Source: an uncultured Myxococcales bacterium | Lineage (GTDB): Bacteria; Myxococcota_A; UBA9160; SZUA-336 | Direction of reading: 5' to 3' | Length of the DNA: 64,000 bases | NCBI GenBank assembly: GCA_964454165.1 | Contig: CAYVQJ010000100.1 | Span: 7,594 to 71,593 of the forward strand | In this document: one piece after another, positions 53,425-62,309 of the stretch | Position numbering within the stretch: position 1 is the first letter of the stretch | Layout: every line of letters begins with the position of its first letter | Notes under the pieces: generated by a model | Seen by the model: the letters and a program-made list of their open reading frames with translations, nothing else | Told to the model about the DNA's origin: nothing | The model's database searches: none | Translations under genes and position numbers: made by a program

Positions 53425-54236
53425 TGGGGGATCGCGACTTGATGCTGCCCTCCGCGCTCGTCGGCGGGTCGTACCGCGGCTCGAGCTTCTTCGAGCTGCT
53501 TCGCTGCGACTACCCCGGCCTGCTGCCGGACTTCGGCGGCGCGGATTGGGCGCGCGTGGAGCTGCCGCATGGCACTACGGTGCTCGCGCTGGTGTACCAG
53601 GATGGCGCGCTCATCGCGGGCGACCGGCTCGCTACCGAAGGACACCAGGTGGCCACACGCGACATCGAGAAGGTCTACAAGGTCGACGCGGACTGTGCGA
53701 TGGCGATCGCGGGCGCAGCCGGCCCGGCGATCGAGATGGTGCGGTTGTTCCAGCTCGAGCTCGAGCACTACCAGAAGCTCGAGGGCCAGGAGCTGACCTT
53801 CGAGGGCAAGGCCAATCGGCTCTCGTATCTGATCCGGCAAAACCTGCCGGCAGCAATGCAAGGTCTGGTGGTGATGCCGCTCTTCGCGGGCTACGACGTC
53901 GCAACGCGCCGCGGCCGCATCTACAAGTTCGACATCACGGGCGGCCGCTACCAGGAGGCCGACTTCTACGGGACCGGCTCCGGCGGCAAGGACGCGCGCA
54001 CCAGCCTGAAGAAGACCTACCGCCACGGCCTGACGCGCGCCGCCGCGGTCGACGTCGCGGTCGAAGCGATCGTGGATGCTGCGGACGAGGATCGCGCGAC
54101 TGGCGGCTTCGACATCACGCGCGGGATCTACCCGACGCTCAAGCTGATCACCAAGGACGGCGTTCAGGATGTCGCCGACGCGGAGCTGATCGCCGCCTTC
54201 GAGCGCGTGGTCGGTCGCCGGGCGGCGGCAGCGTAG
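53424..54236 (+). CDS. prcB: 20S proteasome beta subunit (with propeptide)
   Basis: The GTG overlaps the pup stop (TAGTG). Processing site ELPHG/TTVLAL. GSGG. Confidence 0.9.
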   Translation: MGDRDLMLPSALVGGSYRGSSFFELLRCDYPGLLPDFGGADWARVELPHGTTVLALVYQDGALIAGDRLATEGHQVATRDIEKVYKVDADCAMAIAGAAGPAIEMVRLFQLELEHYQKLEGQELTFEGKANRLSYLIRQNLPAAMQGLVVMPLFAGYDVATRRGRIYKFDITGGRYQEADFYGTGSGGKDARTSLKKTYRHGLTRAAAVDVAVEAIVDAADEDRATGGFDITRGIYPTLKLITKDGVQDVADAELIAAFERVVGRRAAAA

Positions 54237-54238
54237 CC

Positions 54239-54931
54239 ATGGCCACACCCTTCTACGTCTCGACCGAGCAGTGGTACACCGAGAAGGCGGAGTACGCGCG
54301 CAAGGGCATCGCGCGCGGCAAGCCGATCGTCGCGCTCGAATTCGCCCACGGCATCGCGCTGATCGCGGAGAACCACAGCGCGACGCTGCGCAAGATCTCC
54401 GAGATCTACGACCGCATCGGCTTCGCGGGGGTGGGCAAGTTCGACGAGTACGAGAACCTGCGCAAAGCGGGCGTGCGCTACGCCGACATGCGCGGCTACA
54501 GCTTCTGCCGGCGGGACGTCGCCGCCCGGAACCTGGCGAACGAGTTCTCGACCGTGCTCGGCTCGATCTTCACGCGGGAAGCGAAGGCGCTCGAGGTCGA
54601 GGTGCTGGTGGCGGAGATCGCCGAGAAGGACGGAGAGCCCAACGCCTTCTACCAGATCACGTTCGACGGGATCATCACCGACCACCGCAACTACGCCGCG
54701 ATCGGACCGGAGTCGGATGCGCTGCGCGACGTGCTGAAGGCGGACTGGAAGCCCGGACTTCCCCTGGACGTCGCCGTCCGGCTCGGGCTGCGGGCCATGG
54801 CGCGCGCCGGCAATGCCTCGCGCGAGCTCAACGAGCGGAACCTCGAGATCGCCCTCCTCGATCAGCGCCGCGAGGGCCGCCGCTTCAAGCGAGCCGCCCC
54901 GGAAGAGGTGCGGGGACTGGTGAGCGGGTAG
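54239..54931 (+). CDS. prcA: 20S proteasome alpha subunit
   Basis: MATPFYVSTEQWYTEKAEYARKGIARGKPIV. Starts 2 nt after the prcB stop. Confidence 0.9.
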   Translation: MATPFYVSTEQWYTEKAEYARKGIARGKPIVALEFAHGIALIAENHSATLRKISEIYDRIGFAGVGKFDEYENLRKAGVRYADMRGYSFCRRDVAARNLANEFSTVLGSIFTREAKALEVEVLVAEIAEKDGEPNAFYQITFDGIITDHRNYAAIGPESDALRDVLKADWKPGLPLDVAVRLGLRAMARAGNASRELNERNLEIALLDQRREGRRFKRAAPEEVRGLVSG

Positions 54932-54941
54932 GCTTCCCATC

Positions 54942-56348
54942 GTGCAGAAGCGGATCTACGGCCTGGAGACCGAGTACGGCATCATCTTCACGCCCGAGGG
55001 GCGCAAGACGCTGCCGGTCGAGAAGGCGATTCGCTTCCTGTTCGAGAAGCTGATCACCACCGAGCACTTCCTGAACGTGTTCCTGGAGAACGGCGCGCGC
55101 TTCTACCAGGACACCGGCTGCCATCCCGAGTACGCCACGCCCGAGTGCGCCAGCCCGCGCGACCTCGTGGTGTTCGACCGCGCCGGCGAGCGCGTGCTCG
55201 AGGACCTGCAGGCCTACGCGGAGGAGAAGATCCGAGAGGAGCGGGTCGCCGGGAAGCTCTCGATTTTCAAGAACAACACCGACTTCGTCGGCAACAGCTA
55301 CGGCTGCCACGAGAACTACCTGGTCGACCGCGACGTCGACTTCTACTACCTGGCTGAGCAGCTGATCCCGTTCCTGGTCACGCGCCAGATCTACTCGGGC
55401 GCGGGCAAGGTGTTCCAGACCCAGGACGGCGTGCATTACTGCGTGAGCCAACGAGCGCAGCACATCTACCAGAAGATCTCCGGCACCACGACCAACGACC
55501 GCTCGATCATCAACACGCGCGACGAGCCGCACGCCGACCGCGAGAAATACCGGCGGCTGCACGTGATCGTCGGCGACTCCAACATGTCGGAGTACACCAA
55601 CTTCATCAAGGTCGCGACCTGCGCGATCGTGCTGCAGATGATCGAGGACAACTTCATCAACAAGGACTTCACGCTGCGCCACCCCGTGAAGGCCATCAAG
55701 GACATCTCCTACGACACCAGCTGCAAGCGCAAGCTGCGGCTGGAGAACGGGCGCGAGTACTCGCCGATCGAGATCCAGCGCGAGTACTGCGAGATGGCGC
55801 AGAAGTACATGGCGCAGTACCCGGTGAGCGATCAGATCAAGCAGGCGGTCGGAGACTGGCAGTGGATCCTCGACTGCCTGGACGAAGACCCCGACAAGCT
55901 CGACCGCCACATCGACTGGGTGATCAAGCGCTCGCTGATCAAGAACTACATCGAGCGACGCGGGCTGTCCTGGAACGACCCGCGCGTTTTCATGCTCGAC
56001 CTGCAGTACCACGACATCCGCATGGACCGCGGCTTCTACTACATGCTGGAGCGCAAGGGCGCGGTCGAGCGCATCTTGAACGACGACGAGATCACCAAGG
56101 CCAAGACCGAGCCGCCGCAGGACACGCGCGCGCGTATGCGCGGCGACTTCATCAAGCTCGCGCGGCAGAACAACATCCAGTACGACCTGGACTGGTCCAA
56201 CATCCGGCTCGGCAACCTCTTGAACGTGCGCGTGATCTGCAACAACCCGTTCGAGACCGACACCGAGAAGGTCACCGAGCTGGTGCGCACCATCCAGAAG
56301 ACCAACCTGCGCCGCACCTCGCTCTCCAAGCTCGTGATTCAGAGCTAG
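54942..56348 (+). CDS. pafA: Pup-protein ligase
   Basis: IYGLETEYGI, NGARFYQDTGCHPEYATPEC, GNSYGCHENYL, INTRDEPHADREKYRRLHVIVGDSNMSE and PPQDTRARMRGDFI track Mtb PafA. Confidence 0.85.
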   Translation: MQKRIYGLETEYGIIFTPEGRKTLPVEKAIRFLFEKLITTEHFLNVFLENGARFYQDTGCHPEYATPECASPRDLVVFDRAGERVLEDLQAYAEEKIREERVAGKLSIFKNNTDFVGNSYGCHENYLVDRDVDFYYLAEQLIPFLVTRQIYSGAGKVFQTQDGVHYCVSQRAQHIYQKISGTTTNDRSIINTRDEPHADREKYRRLHVIVGDSNMSEYTNFIKVATCAIVLQMIEDNFINKDFTLRHPVKAIKDISYDTSCKRKLRLENGREYSPIEIQREYCEMAQKYMAQYPVSDQIKQAVGDWQWILDCLDEDPDKLDRHIDWVIKRSLIKNYIERRGLSWNDPRVFMLDLQYHDIRMDRGFYYMLERKGAVERILNDDEITKAKTEPPQDTRARMRGDFIKLARQNNIQYDLDWSNIRLGNLLNVRVICNNPFETDTEKVTELVRTIQKTNLRRTSLSKLVIQS

Positions 56349-56665
56349 TGGAGAGGCGGCTGCGCGCGGTTCTGGGGGACGAGCCCGCGGCCGAGGCCGG
56401 GTCCGGCTGGCGCAGTCCGGGCTGGCTGCCGCTCGCGTGTGCGGTGCTCGTGGCCGCGCTGTTCGTGCTCCTGGTGTGGACGCGGCTCTCGCTCGGTGGG
56501 CGCATCGAAGCGCTCGAGGGCGAGACCGCGACGCTCCGCGACGCGGTCGCCACGCGCGATCGCGTCATCGGCGAACAGTCGCGCCGTCTCGGCGACGTGC
56601 GCGACCGCCTGGACGACCTGCGCGCGCGCGTGGACGAGGCGCGTGCCCTGCTCGACGCCCCCTAG
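56348..56665 (+). CDS. small membrane-anchored coiled-coil protein (105 aa) translationally coupled to pafA
   Basis: The GTG overlaps the pafA stop (TAGTG). One TM segment (WLPLACAVLVAALFVLLVW) is followed by a heptad-like region EALEGETATLRDAV..LDDLRARVDEARALL. Confidence 0.5.
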   Translation: MERRLRAVLGDEPAAEAGSGWRSPGWLPLACAVLVAALFVLLVWTRLSLGGRIEALEGETATLRDAVATRDRVIGEQSRRLGDVRDRLDDLRARVDEARALLDAP

Positions 56666-56671
56666 CCTGAC

Positions 56672-56830
56672 CGCGTACGGCGCGGCGGAGCCGCGTCTAC
56701 GCCTTCGGTCGGCTTCGCCTCGCCGCGCGCGCCTTCGGCGCTTGCCCCGACTGTGCCGCGATGGCTGTCGCCAAGCGGCCTGCGCTCGGGCGAGGCGCCC
56801 TCGCTGCGCGCGCCTTCGGCGCTTGCCTTC
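56672..56830. repeat. GC-rich dispersed intergenic repeat, copy B (about 1.5 units)
   Basis: ccgcgatggctgtcgccaagcgg (56756..56778) is 21/23 identical to copy A. gcgcgcgccttcggcgcttgcc occurs twice (56725.., 56807..). Confidence 0.8.
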
Positions 56831-56928
56831 GAAGCGCGGACAAGCGGGGCGGCGCCTCAGGTTCCGCGCCTAGCTGCCGATCTGCTCTTGCGACCGTTTC
56901 AATCCACCGACGGCAGCGGAGCGCTCGC

Positions 56929-57963
56929 ATGTTCTCGTGGTTCGCTGGATTGCTCTCGAACGACCTGGCGATCGACCTCGGGACCGCCAACACGCTCGTC
57001 TACGCGCGCGGCCGCGGCATCCTGTGCAGCGAGCCCTCGGTCGTCGCCGTCGCGGACACGCCCGGTGCGACGCGCCGGGTGCTGGCCGTGGGCACGGAGG
57101 CCAAGGAGATGGTCGGCCGCACGCCTGGCGGCATCCGCGCGATCCGTCCGATCAAGGACGGCGTGATCGCGGACTTCGAAGTCACCGAGGCGATGCTGCG
57201 CTACTTCATCCAGCGCGCGCACAACCGGCGCCGCCTGGTGCGGCCGCGCATCGTGATCTGCGTGCCACCGTGCATCACCAGCGTCGAGAAGCGCGCGGTG
57301 CGCGAGTCGGCGATGTCGGCCGGCGCGCGCGAGGTGTTCCTGATGGAGGAGCCGATGGCGGCCGCGATCGGCGCCGGGCTCTCCGTGACCGAGCCGTCGG
57401 GCAACATGGTCGTCGACGTGGGCGGGGGCACCACCGACGTCGCAGTGATCTCGCTGGCCGGCATCGTGACATCGACGTCCGTGCGCGTTGGCGGAGACAA
57501 GATGGACGAGGCCGTGATCAGCTTCGTCAAGCGCAAGCACAACCTGCTGATCGGAGAGCGCACCGCCGAGATCATCAAGATCACGATCGGCACCGCGCTG
57601 CCCGGCGGCGCGGCCAAGACCATGGAGATCAAGGGCCGCGACCTGGTCGCCGGCATTCCGAAGATGATCGTGCTCTCGAGCGAAGAGGTGCGCGAGGCAC
57701 TGCAGGAGCCGATCCACCAGATCATCGAGGCGGTGCTCGAGACGCTCGAGCGCACACCCCCCGAGCTCGGAGCCGACATCGTCGATCGCGGCATGGTGCT
57801 GTGCGGTGGCGGCTCGCTCTTGCGCGACTTCGACCAGCTCTTGCGCAACGAGACCAAGCTCCCGGTGATTCGCGCCGAGGACCCGTTCACGTCGGTGGCG
57901 ATGGGCGCGGGCAAGGCGCTGGACTCGCTGGATCTGCTCCGGCAGGTCGCGCTAAACCACTAG
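56929..57963 (+). CDS. mreB: rod-shape-determining actin homolog MreB
   Basis: DLAIDLGTANTLVY, IRPIKDGVIADF, VVDVGGGTTDVAVISL, GGGSLLR. Confidence 0.9.
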   Translation: MFSWFAGLLSNDLAIDLGTANTLVYARGRGILCSEPSVVAVADTPGATRRVLAVGTEAKEMVGRTPGGIRAIRPIKDGVIADFEVTEAMLRYFIQRAHNRRRLVRPRIVICVPPCITSVEKRAVRESAMSAGAREVFLMEEPMAAAIGAGLSVTEPSGNMVVDVGGGTTDVAVISLAGIVTSTSVRVGGDKMDEAVISFVKRKHNLLIGERTAEIIKITIGTALPGGAAKTMEIKGRDLVAGIPKMIVLSSEEVREALQEPIHQIIEAVLETLERTPPELGADIVDRGMVLCGGGSLLRDFDQLLRNETKLPVIRAEDPFTSVAMGAGKALDSLDLLRQVALNH

Positions 57964-57984
57964 GTCTCGTCTCGCGCGGCGCGG

Positions 57985-58584
57985 TTACTCCGGCGTCATC
58001 AATGCAAGGGCGAGCTTCATGGCCTTTTCGACGTCGCCGGAGAGGGCGAGCTTGCCGGTCATGAACGCGCCCTGAAGGTCGAGCGCGCCGTCGCGGAGCT
58101 TGCGGTATTCGGCCGCGTCGATCGAGATCGTGGTGTGCGGCTCCAGCGACGCGGGCGCGCCGCCAAACGCGACCAGCAGCCCCCACGGCGCGGCGCCCGA
58201 GACCTGCAGGCGGACGTTGCCCGAGATCGCGCGCAGCGCAGCGATGCGCGGGCCGGTGAGCGCGAAGTTGCGGTCGCCGCCGACGCCACCGAGCAGCGCC
58301 ATCGGCGACGGCCCCACCTCGTCGGCGAGGCGGCGCCAGTCGGAGACATCCATCGCGAGCGTCGCTAGCGGCGTCGGCGCGGGAGCGTCCCCGACGCGCA
58401 TCGCGCCCGCGTCGACGACGAGGTGGAAGCGCCCGCCGCCTTCACCGCTCACGCGCGCCTCGAGCGCGAACGAGGCCTCGGAGAGCCTCGCCAGTCGCGC
58501 CGAGTCGCCGCGCGCCCGCTCCGCCTCCAGCCTGCGATTCCACTCCTCCGGCACCAGCTTCCGAAAAAACGTCTCCGGCGTCAT
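57985..58584 (-). CDS. SCP2 sterol-carrier-like domain protein
   Basis: C-terminal DLQGAFMTGKLALSGDVEKAMKL is the typical SCP2 end motif. Confidence 0.6.
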   Translation of the reverse strand: MTPETFFRKLVPEEWNRRLEAERARGDSARLARLSEASFALEARVSGEGGGRFHLVVDAGAMRVGDAPAPTPLATLAMDVSDWRRLADEVGPSPMALLGGVGGDRNFALTGPRIAALRAISGNVRLQVSGAAPWGLLVAFGGAPASLEPHTTISIDAAEYRKLRDGALDLQGAFMTGKLALSGDVEKAMKLALALMTPE

Positions 58585-58614
58585 CCCGAAACACTAGACG
58601 CGATCGTCGGGGAT

Positions 58615-58688
58615 CCCGCAAGCGCGCAGCGAGGGCGCTTCGCCCGAGCGGAGGCGCCAGGCCGCGGCCGCCCGCGGCCGTACGGCGC
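58615..58688. repeat. GC-rich dispersed intergenic repeat, copy E (inverted orientation)
   Basis: The reverse complement reads gtacggccgcgggcggccgcggcct..ccgctcgggcgaagcgccctcgctgcgcgcttgcg, matching copies D and B. Confidence 0.8.
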
Positions 58689-59716
58689 TAAGACCCTCCG
58701 CGTTGCCAGCGGTCGACGGCGCGGGCGTGCTCCTCGAGCGTGCGCGAGAACTGGTGCGTTCCGTCGCGCCGGGCGACGAAGTACAGGTACGGTACGTCGG
58801 CCGGAGCGAGCACCGCGCGGATCGAGTCGATCGACGGGCTCGCGATCGGGCCCGCCGGCAGGCCGGCCCGCGTGTATGTGTTCCAGGGCGTGTCCGCCAG
58901 CAGGTCGCGCCTGCGCAGGTTGCCGTCGAACCCGCCGCGCACCTGTAGCACGCCGTAAATCACGGTCGGGTCCGACTGGAGCCGCATGCCGCGCGCCATG
59001 CGATTGCGCATGACCGCGGCGACCAGCGAGCGCTCGACCGGCTGCGACGTCTCCTTCTCCACGATCGATGCCAGCGTGACCACCTGATGCAACGTGAGCC
59101 CGGAAGGCTCGAGTGCGGCGCGGTCCGCGTCGGACAACCGACGCTCGAACTCCTGGAGCATCGTGCGCAGCACGTCGTCGGGTGCCGCGCCGCGTGGGAA
59201 GCGATAGGTCTCGGGATACAGGTAGCCCTCGAGCGTGTCCGCCCCGACGCCCTCCCTGCGCGCGAACTCCGCGTTGCGGGCGCGCGCGAGCAGTGCGTCG
59301 GCGTCGACGACCCCGGCAGTCTCGAGCCGCACAGCGATCTCGTCGAGCCGCAACCCCTCGGGAAAGGCCACCGCGTGGGTCTTCACCGCACCGGCGACCA
59401 TGCGGTCGAGGATCTCGACCGGCGTCATACCGGCGTTGAGCTCGTACTCGCCGCTCTTCACGCTGCGATCCTGCGCCGTGAGGCGTGCCCACGCGACCAG
59501 CACGCTCGGTCCGAACAGCAGCGCGCGCGGCAGCACAGCCCTTGCCTCCAGACGCCCTGCCACCGCGGCGAGCGGCTCACCGGGCAGCACCTCGAACACG
59601 ACAGGCGTCGTGTCGGGCCCGGCCGGAACGAAAAGGCGGCTCGCGCTCCAAAGAGCACCTGCGCCGCATGCGAGCGCGAGCGCGACTGCGAGCTGAACCG
59701 CCCGGCGCACGCTCAT
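58688..59716 (-). CDS. mltG: endolytic murein transglycosylase (YceG)
   Basis: N-terminal TM segment, LEGYLYPETYRF, ASIVEKE, NTYTRAGLPAGPI. Confidence 0.85.
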   Translation of the reverse strand: MSVRRAVQLAVALALACGAGALWSASRLFVPAGPDTTPVVFEVLPGEPLAAVAGRLEARAVLPRALLFGPSVLVAWARLTAQDRSVKSGEYELNAGMTPVEILDRMVAGAVKTHAVAFPEGLRLDEIAVRLETAGVVDADALLARARNAEFARREGVGADTLEGYLYPETYRFPRGAAPDDVLRTMLQEFERRLSDADRAALEPSGLTLHQVVTLASIVEKETSQPVERSLVAAVMRNRMARGMRLQSDPTVIYGVLQVRGGFDGNLRRRDLLADTPWNTYTRAGLPAGPIASPSIDSIRAVLAPADVPYLYFVARRDGTHQFSRTLEEHARAVDRWQRGGS

Positions 59717-60132
59717 CTCGAGCGCAGATCCAGCCAGGTGCGAAGCAGCAGTGCCGCGGCCACGCGATCCGACTGCGCCTGCACGCGCCGGCCGCGGGCG
59801 CCGAGCTCGCGCAGCGTCCGCTCGGCTTCGCGCGTGGTCCAGCGCTCGTCCTGATACTCGACGGGAAGACCGGTGCGCTCCGCGACCTGCGCACCGAGCC
59901 GGCGCGCGGCCTCGACCTCGGCGCCCGCCTGGCCGTTCATGTGCAGCGGCAACCCGATCACCACGCGCTCGACACCGTACTCGCGCACGAGCGCCTCCAC
60001 GCGCTCCAGGTGCGCCGTCGAGCGCGGTCCCGAGCGTTCGATGGTCTCCAGGGGCTGAGCGAGCGTTCCGGTCGGGTCGCTGATCGCGACGCCGATTCGG
60101 CGCGCTCCCGGATCGAGGGCGAGCACGCGCAC
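59713..60132 (-). CDS. ruvX: Holliday-junction resolvase-like nuclease YqgF/RuvX
   Basis: VLALDPGARRIGVAISD, VVIGLPLHMNG, DERWTT, DRVAAALLL. Its stop overlaps the mltG ATG. Confidence 0.85.
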   Translation of the reverse strand: MRVLALDPGARRIGVAISDPTGTLAQPLETIERSGPRSTAHLERVEALVREYGVERVVIGLPLHMNGQAGAEVEAARRLGAQVAERTGLPVEYQDERWTTREAERTLRELGARGRRVQAQSDRVAAALLLRTWLDLRSR

Positions 60133-60166
60133 GTCGGCAAGGTACACGACGCGGACCTGCGCGCGC

Positions 60167-61681
60167 CTACGCGCCCACCGAGCGGGCGAGCGCGCGCAGC
60201 GACTCGCTGCAGGCTTCGCGCACGGCCGGATCCCCGCTGCGCGCATGCTCCTCGAGCAGCGCAAACGCGCGCGCGCCGCCGAGTCGGCCGAGCGCCTGCG
60301 CCGCCGCCACCCGCAGCGTGCGGTTCCACTTGCGCTGGAACCAGGTTCGCCGGCGCAGCACGCGCTCGAGCTGTGGCAGCGCCTCGGAGCGCCGGAGTCG
60401 GCCGAGACTACGGATCGCCTCGCGCCGCACCAGCACCGGGCAGGGCGAGCCGCTGTCCGCCACGCGCAGCAGTGCCTCGAGCGCGCTGTCGCTCTGCGCG
60501 TGACCCAGTGCCGCGGCGGCGATCTCGGCGGTCGCGGGATCGGCGCCCAGCGCCGCCACCAGCGCGGCCGTCGCGCGCTCGCTCGGGATGCGCGCGAGCG
60601 CGCGCGCGATCTCCTTCTTCACCATCGGGTCGGGGAAGGCGAGGTGTCGCACCAGAAACTCGATGCCGCCGGGATGCTGCAGGTCACCGAGCAGGCGCGC
60701 CGCGCGTCGCGAGCGTGCGGCATCGTCCGACACGAGCTCCTCGACCAGCAGCGGGAACGCCTGCTCGCCGAGTGCGAGCACCAGCGCGGCCGCGTGCCGT
60801 CGCGCCTCGCCTTCGGCGCCCGTGACGCGCTCGAGCACACGCGGGACGCCCGCCGCGCCGAGCATCATCAGCACGCGCGCGGCTTCGACACTCCCTACGC
60901 CCGGCGAGCAGGCTTGCTCGACGACGAGGTCGAGCATCTGCTCGGCGCTGAGCAGCCGCGCGAGTCGATCGTGCGCCTCGGCCCGCAGCCGGGGCGAGCG
61001 CTCTGGATCCTCGGCGTGGCGCGCGAGGATCGGCACCGCCGCGTACGCGAGCCGCGCGTTCTTTCCGCGAAGCAATACGTCGGCGCTGCGCTCCACTTGC
61101 AGCACGAGCTGGGTGTAGGCGTGCGCGTCGGCGCAGACCTCGAGCGACGCGAGCGCCGCGGAGAGCTCTGCGCCGAGGTGACCTCGCTCCGGGTCGATGT
61201 CCAGCTCGGGCACGTCGAGACGCCGCGCCGCGTCGATCGGCGTCTGGGAGACGTCGCGCACCTCGAGCTCCAGATGCCGCGGCCGCGAGTCGCGTAGCGC
61301 GCTGGCGATGCCGCCCGCTCGGTCCTGCGCCTCCTTGTCCGCGCACAGGGCCTCCACGAGCGACGCGAGCTCGCCCGAGTCGATCCCGGCGCGCAGGCGC
61401 ACCGAGCGCACGCGCCGCCGCGCCAGCTCCTGCGCCAGCTCGTCGATGCCCGGTCCGCAAATGCGGGTGCCGTCGCAGAGCGCGAACCCGCCCTGGCGGA
61501 GCTGCAGGGCCAGCTCGCCGCGGGCTTGTGCGGCCTCGAACACCGCCGCGGCCGCGCGCGCGAGCGCCTCCTGGAAGGCGGGATGCGTGGGCGGATAGAA
61601 GCGGCGCGCACGGAAGGCGCGCGCCAGCTCACACAGCGGCGCCGCGACGTCGGACCCGGTCGGTGCTTCGCTCATCGCCAC
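60167..61681 (-). CDS. HEAT-repeat protein
   Basis: Repeated ..VR.EA..ALG.L....A...L units in the C-terminal half (VRREAIRSLGRLRRSEALPQL, LRVAAAQALGRLGGARAFALL). Confidence 0.6.
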   Translation of the reverse strand: MAMSEAPTGSDVAAPLCELARAFRARRFYPPTHPAFQEALARAAAAVFEAAQARGELALQLRQGGFALCDGTRICGPGIDELAQELARRRVRSVRLRAGIDSGELASLVEALCADKEAQDRAGGIASALRDSRPRHLELEVRDVSQTPIDAARRLDVPELDIDPERGHLGAELSAALASLEVCADAHAYTQLVLQVERSADVLLRGKNARLAYAAVPILARHAEDPERSPRLRAEAHDRLARLLSAEQMLDLVVEQACSPGVGSVEAARVLMMLGAAGVPRVLERVTGAEGEARRHAAALVLALGEQAFPLLVEELVSDDAARSRRAARLLGDLQHPGGIEFLVRHLAFPDPMVKKEIARALARIPSERATAALVAALGADPATAEIAAAALGHAQSDSALEALLRVADSGSPCPVLVRREAIRSLGRLRRSEALPQLERVLRRRTWFQRKWNRTLRVAAAQALGRLGGARAFALLEEHARSGDPAVREACSESLRALARSVGA

Positions 61682-61776
61682 TCTTCTGAGCCGGACGGGC
61701 TCGTCCCCGCCGTCGTCATCGGAGCCTTCGCTCGCCTGCTTGAGGGCAGTTGAACTTTCGATTTATTTTCGCTTTA

Positions 61777-61805
61777 TTGACCTCGTGAGAGGCGCCGCCT
61801 ACGAT
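61777..61805 (+). promoter_or_regulatory. sigma70-like promoter for pgpA-cinA-thpR
   Basis: TTGACC - 17 nt - TACGAT. Preceded by tandem AT-rich 11-mers ttcgatttatt/ttcgctttatt (UP-element-like). Confidence 0.35.
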
Positions 61806-61835
61806 CCGATCGAGCGCAGAACCCCGCGAGAATCC

Positions 61836-62309
61836 ATGAGAAATCTCGTTCTCTTCGTAGCAACGGGCGCCGGCACGGGCTACGCCCCCATTGCCTCCGG
61901 TACGGTCGGATCTGCGCTTGCCCTGGTGCTCTGGGCAGGGCTTCGCGGCCTGCCACCCGCTGGCTACTTCGCGCTCGTGGTGGCGGTGACCGCGCTCGGC
62001 GCTTTCGCGGCGGGCCGCGCGGAGGCGATCTTCGGGCGCAAGGACGACGGCCGCATCACCATCGACGAGGTGGCGGGCATGCTGCTCTCGCTCGCGCTGC
62101 TGCCTGCGACCGTCTCGCCGGTGCTCGTCGCGGGCGCGGGCTTTCTGCTGTTTCGCATCTTCGACATCACCAAGCCGCCGCCGGCGCTGCTGGCCGAGAC
62201 GCTTCCCGGCGGCATCGGCGTGATGGCCGACGACCTGGTTGCCGGGCTCTACGCGAACCTCTGCGGTCAGGTGCTCTTCCGCTGGATCTGGCCGGGAGTC
62301 GCAGGGTGA
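61836..62309 (+). CDS. pgpA: phosphatidylglycerophosphatase A
   Basis: GAGTGYAPIASGTVGS, DDGRITIDEVAG, FRIFDITKPPP, VMADDLVAG. Confidence 0.85.
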   Translation: MRNLVLFVATGAGTGYAPIASGTVGSALALVLWAGLRGLPPAGYFALVVAVTALGAFAAGRAEAIFGRKDDGRITIDEVAGMLLSLALLPATVSPVLVAGAGFLLFRIFDITKPPPALLAETLPGGIGVMADDLVAGLYANLCGQVLFRWIWPGVAG

